From Bacilli bacterium (GTDB taxonomy: Bacteria; Bacillota_I; Bacilli_A; RFN20; CAG-826): a stretch of 64,000 bases of DNA. The position numbers and the translations under genes are program-made. The notes below the pieces were generated by a model. The model had not been told where the DNA came from and did not search any database. It worked only from the letters and a program-made list of their open reading frames with translations. The stretch spans positions 64,711 through 128,710 of the forward strand of contig JAGAYY010000025.1 in NCBI GenBank assembly GCA_017940265.1. Reading direction: 5' to 3'. Positions 62,566 through 64,000 of the stretch are shown piece after piece. The stretch's first letter is position 1. Every line of letters begins with the position of its first letter.

Positions 62566-64000
62566 TTATTCGTCTTTTACTACAACGAAAATACCAGGTT
62601 CTGTTTCTACTGACTTATAACCCGGAGCTACAAAACTAACAGGTCCACCAGGTTCACCCATAGAGTTTGCAGGATCAAAGTCATGGAAAATTCCACCATA
62701 GACGTTGATTTTTGCTTTGCCTGATGTGTAACTAGAGTCGTAGCAGTTGATTACATATCTCTTGTCTTCACCCTTGACCTCGAATTCACCACCATAGATG
62801 TTGATAGTTCCGTTTTCAGCGTATACAGCATGTGTATCTGCAATGAAGTGACCACCGTGAATATTAGCAGTAGATTTTTCGGCGGATACCCAAAGACCAT
62901 AATTATCAGAGTCAACAGTTCCTGTGCCGTAATAATTTACTGTAGCGGTTCCTCTCTGGAAGAAAGGACCAGTCTTACTACCAGTGGATGTGATATTATG
63001 GTCTAGATTCAACTTGAAGTTACCATTCTGAGAAATACCGAACCCAATAAATTGAGATCCTTCTAAGTCCTCTGTTACATTATAGATACCTGCATTAGAA
63101 CCGACTTTCTTACTAGATGAAGTTAGATCAACTGTATAGATACTAAGTTCACCTCCACCCTTATTCACAATTTCGTCGGTAACTGATTCATATCCGTCAG
63201 AGTTGTATAAAACTACATTACCCTTTCGGATAAATAGTTTCTTAGCTTTAAAGGACTCTTTTAGATTAAGTGTATCTTCGCCAACGGTTGCTTCTACATC
63301 TCCCCAAGTAGCACTAAGTGAAACAGTAGCATATGGAGCAACTATAGTCATGTTTTCAAGAACGGTCTCATCATTTGAACCATTACCAATATTTAGATTA
63401 TTGGTATTATAAGATACAACACTGGCGTTCTCTGTCCAAGCAGCAATTACCGATAAATTACCGGTACCTTCTACTTCATTACCGAATACAACATTTGAGA
63501 TTGTTGCATATTTACCAGAACTACCAGAGATACTCTTGGCGGCTAAATATACAGTCTCATATTTTCCAGAAGGCATATAGACCGTACCGCCACTCTGAAC
63601 AGTTATACTAGCTACTTCATCAGAGGTATTAGCAATTGATATACCTTTGGTAGAGTTGTTGATAATAGTGGCACCATCTTGAATAGGACCATTAATAGTA
63701 ATTAACTTAGTAACCGTTTCAGGAATTGTAACATTATTAATAGGTGTATCTACAGTAATAGATGTTTCACCATTAGCCAATGCTGTTTCAATTGCTTCTT
63801 CTGTTGCCTGTTCCTCAGGAGTATTTGGGCGTGGTTTCGGACGAATAGGGCCAGGAATAATCTCTGCTACTACTTCAACCGAAATTTTATCACTTAGATT
63901 ACTACCTGGTTTAGAGGCACTGACCTCTGCTATACCCACACCTTCGGCATAGATACGACCCTCCTGATTAAGAGTAATAACGCCTAAGTCACTGCTTTCC
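62566..64000 (-). CDS. structural/fibre-like protein with an N-terminal Ig-like (Big_2-type) segment, 5' end outside window
   Basis: The reading frame stays open beyond the listed GTG at 63939 to the window edge (…NQEGRIYAEGVGIAEVSA…). The rest is Gly/Asn/Thr/Ser-rich with repetitive beta-like segments. Confidence 0.6.
   Translation of the reverse strand, partial: ESSDLGVITLNQEGRIYAEGVGIAEVSASKPGSNLSDKISVEVVAEIIPGPIRPKPRPNTPEEQATEEAIETALANGETSITVDTPINNVTIPETVTKLITINGPIQDGATIINNSTKGISIANTSDEVASITVQSGGTVYMPSGKYETVYLAAKSISGSSGKYATISNVVFGNEVEGTGNLSVIAAWTENASVVSYNTNNLNIGNGSNDETVLENMTIVAPYATVSLSATWGDVEATVGEDTLNLKESFKAKKLFIRKGNVVLYNSDGYESVTDEIVNKGGGELSIYTVDLTSSSKKVGSNAGIYNVTEDLEGSQFIGFGISQNGNFKLNLDHNITSTGSKTGPFFQRGTATVNYYGTGTVDSDNYGLWVSAEKSTANIHGGHFIADTHAVYAENGTINIYGGEFEVKGEDKRYVINCYDSSYTSGKAKINVYGGIFHDFDPANSMGEPGGPVSFVAPGYKSVETEPGIFVVVKDE

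Overview
AT-rich, very tightly packed window that reads as the early, replication and accessory region of a large virulent dsDNA phage. I saw no integrase, no rRNA and no host housekeeping context. About 120 protein genes lie in six strand blocks: + 1-36937, - 36973-41771, + 41822-48545, - 48594-49862, + 50184-57542, - 57574-64000. Each of the three convergent block junctions carries a bidirectional hairpin terminator. Most starts lack a Shine-Dalgarno motif and many use ATGA-type start/stop overlaps; this hints at a Bacteroidota-type host, which is inference only. Genes I can name: a GroES/GroEL pair, an NAD-type DNA ligase, dUTPase, an actin-like ATPase, anaerobic RNR NrdD split by a group I intron carrying a decayed LAGLIDADG ORF, NrdG, a DUF5131 protein, an HNH endonuclease, ClpP-like protease, YopX, an SSB-like protein, a FEN/RNase H-type 5'-3' exonuclease, a SWIM protein, a fused Mre11-Rad50 nuclease/ATPase, NADAR and Macro domain proteins, a 2H phosphoesterase, a kinase-like/metallophosphatase protein, two nucleoside deoxyribosyltransferase-like paralogs, an FNT-like channel and a DUF559 nuclease. 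There are 7 tRNAs (Gln, Thr, Ala, Phe, Leu, Ser, Asn). The most unusual feature is a duplicated two-gene cassette at 9172-12192 and 45500-48545. It pairs an SF2 helicase-like protein lacking the Walker A lysine with a T5orf172 (GIY-YIG-like) protein. Within each cassette the two proteins share a cassette-specific C-terminal module of about 140 aa, and each cassette follows a G+C-richer, hairpin-dense non-coding leader. Other notable structure: three tandem arrays of small paralogous genes, one built on a conserved 10-nt overlapping stop/start junction; a recurrent composite intergenic motif (CATATATAAGG / ATAAAACGCG / ACCTTACTGATGATGG); a 670-bp non-coding island with exact repeats; and three frameshifts that all sit in homopolymer runs. 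Most ORFs have no recognisable function.
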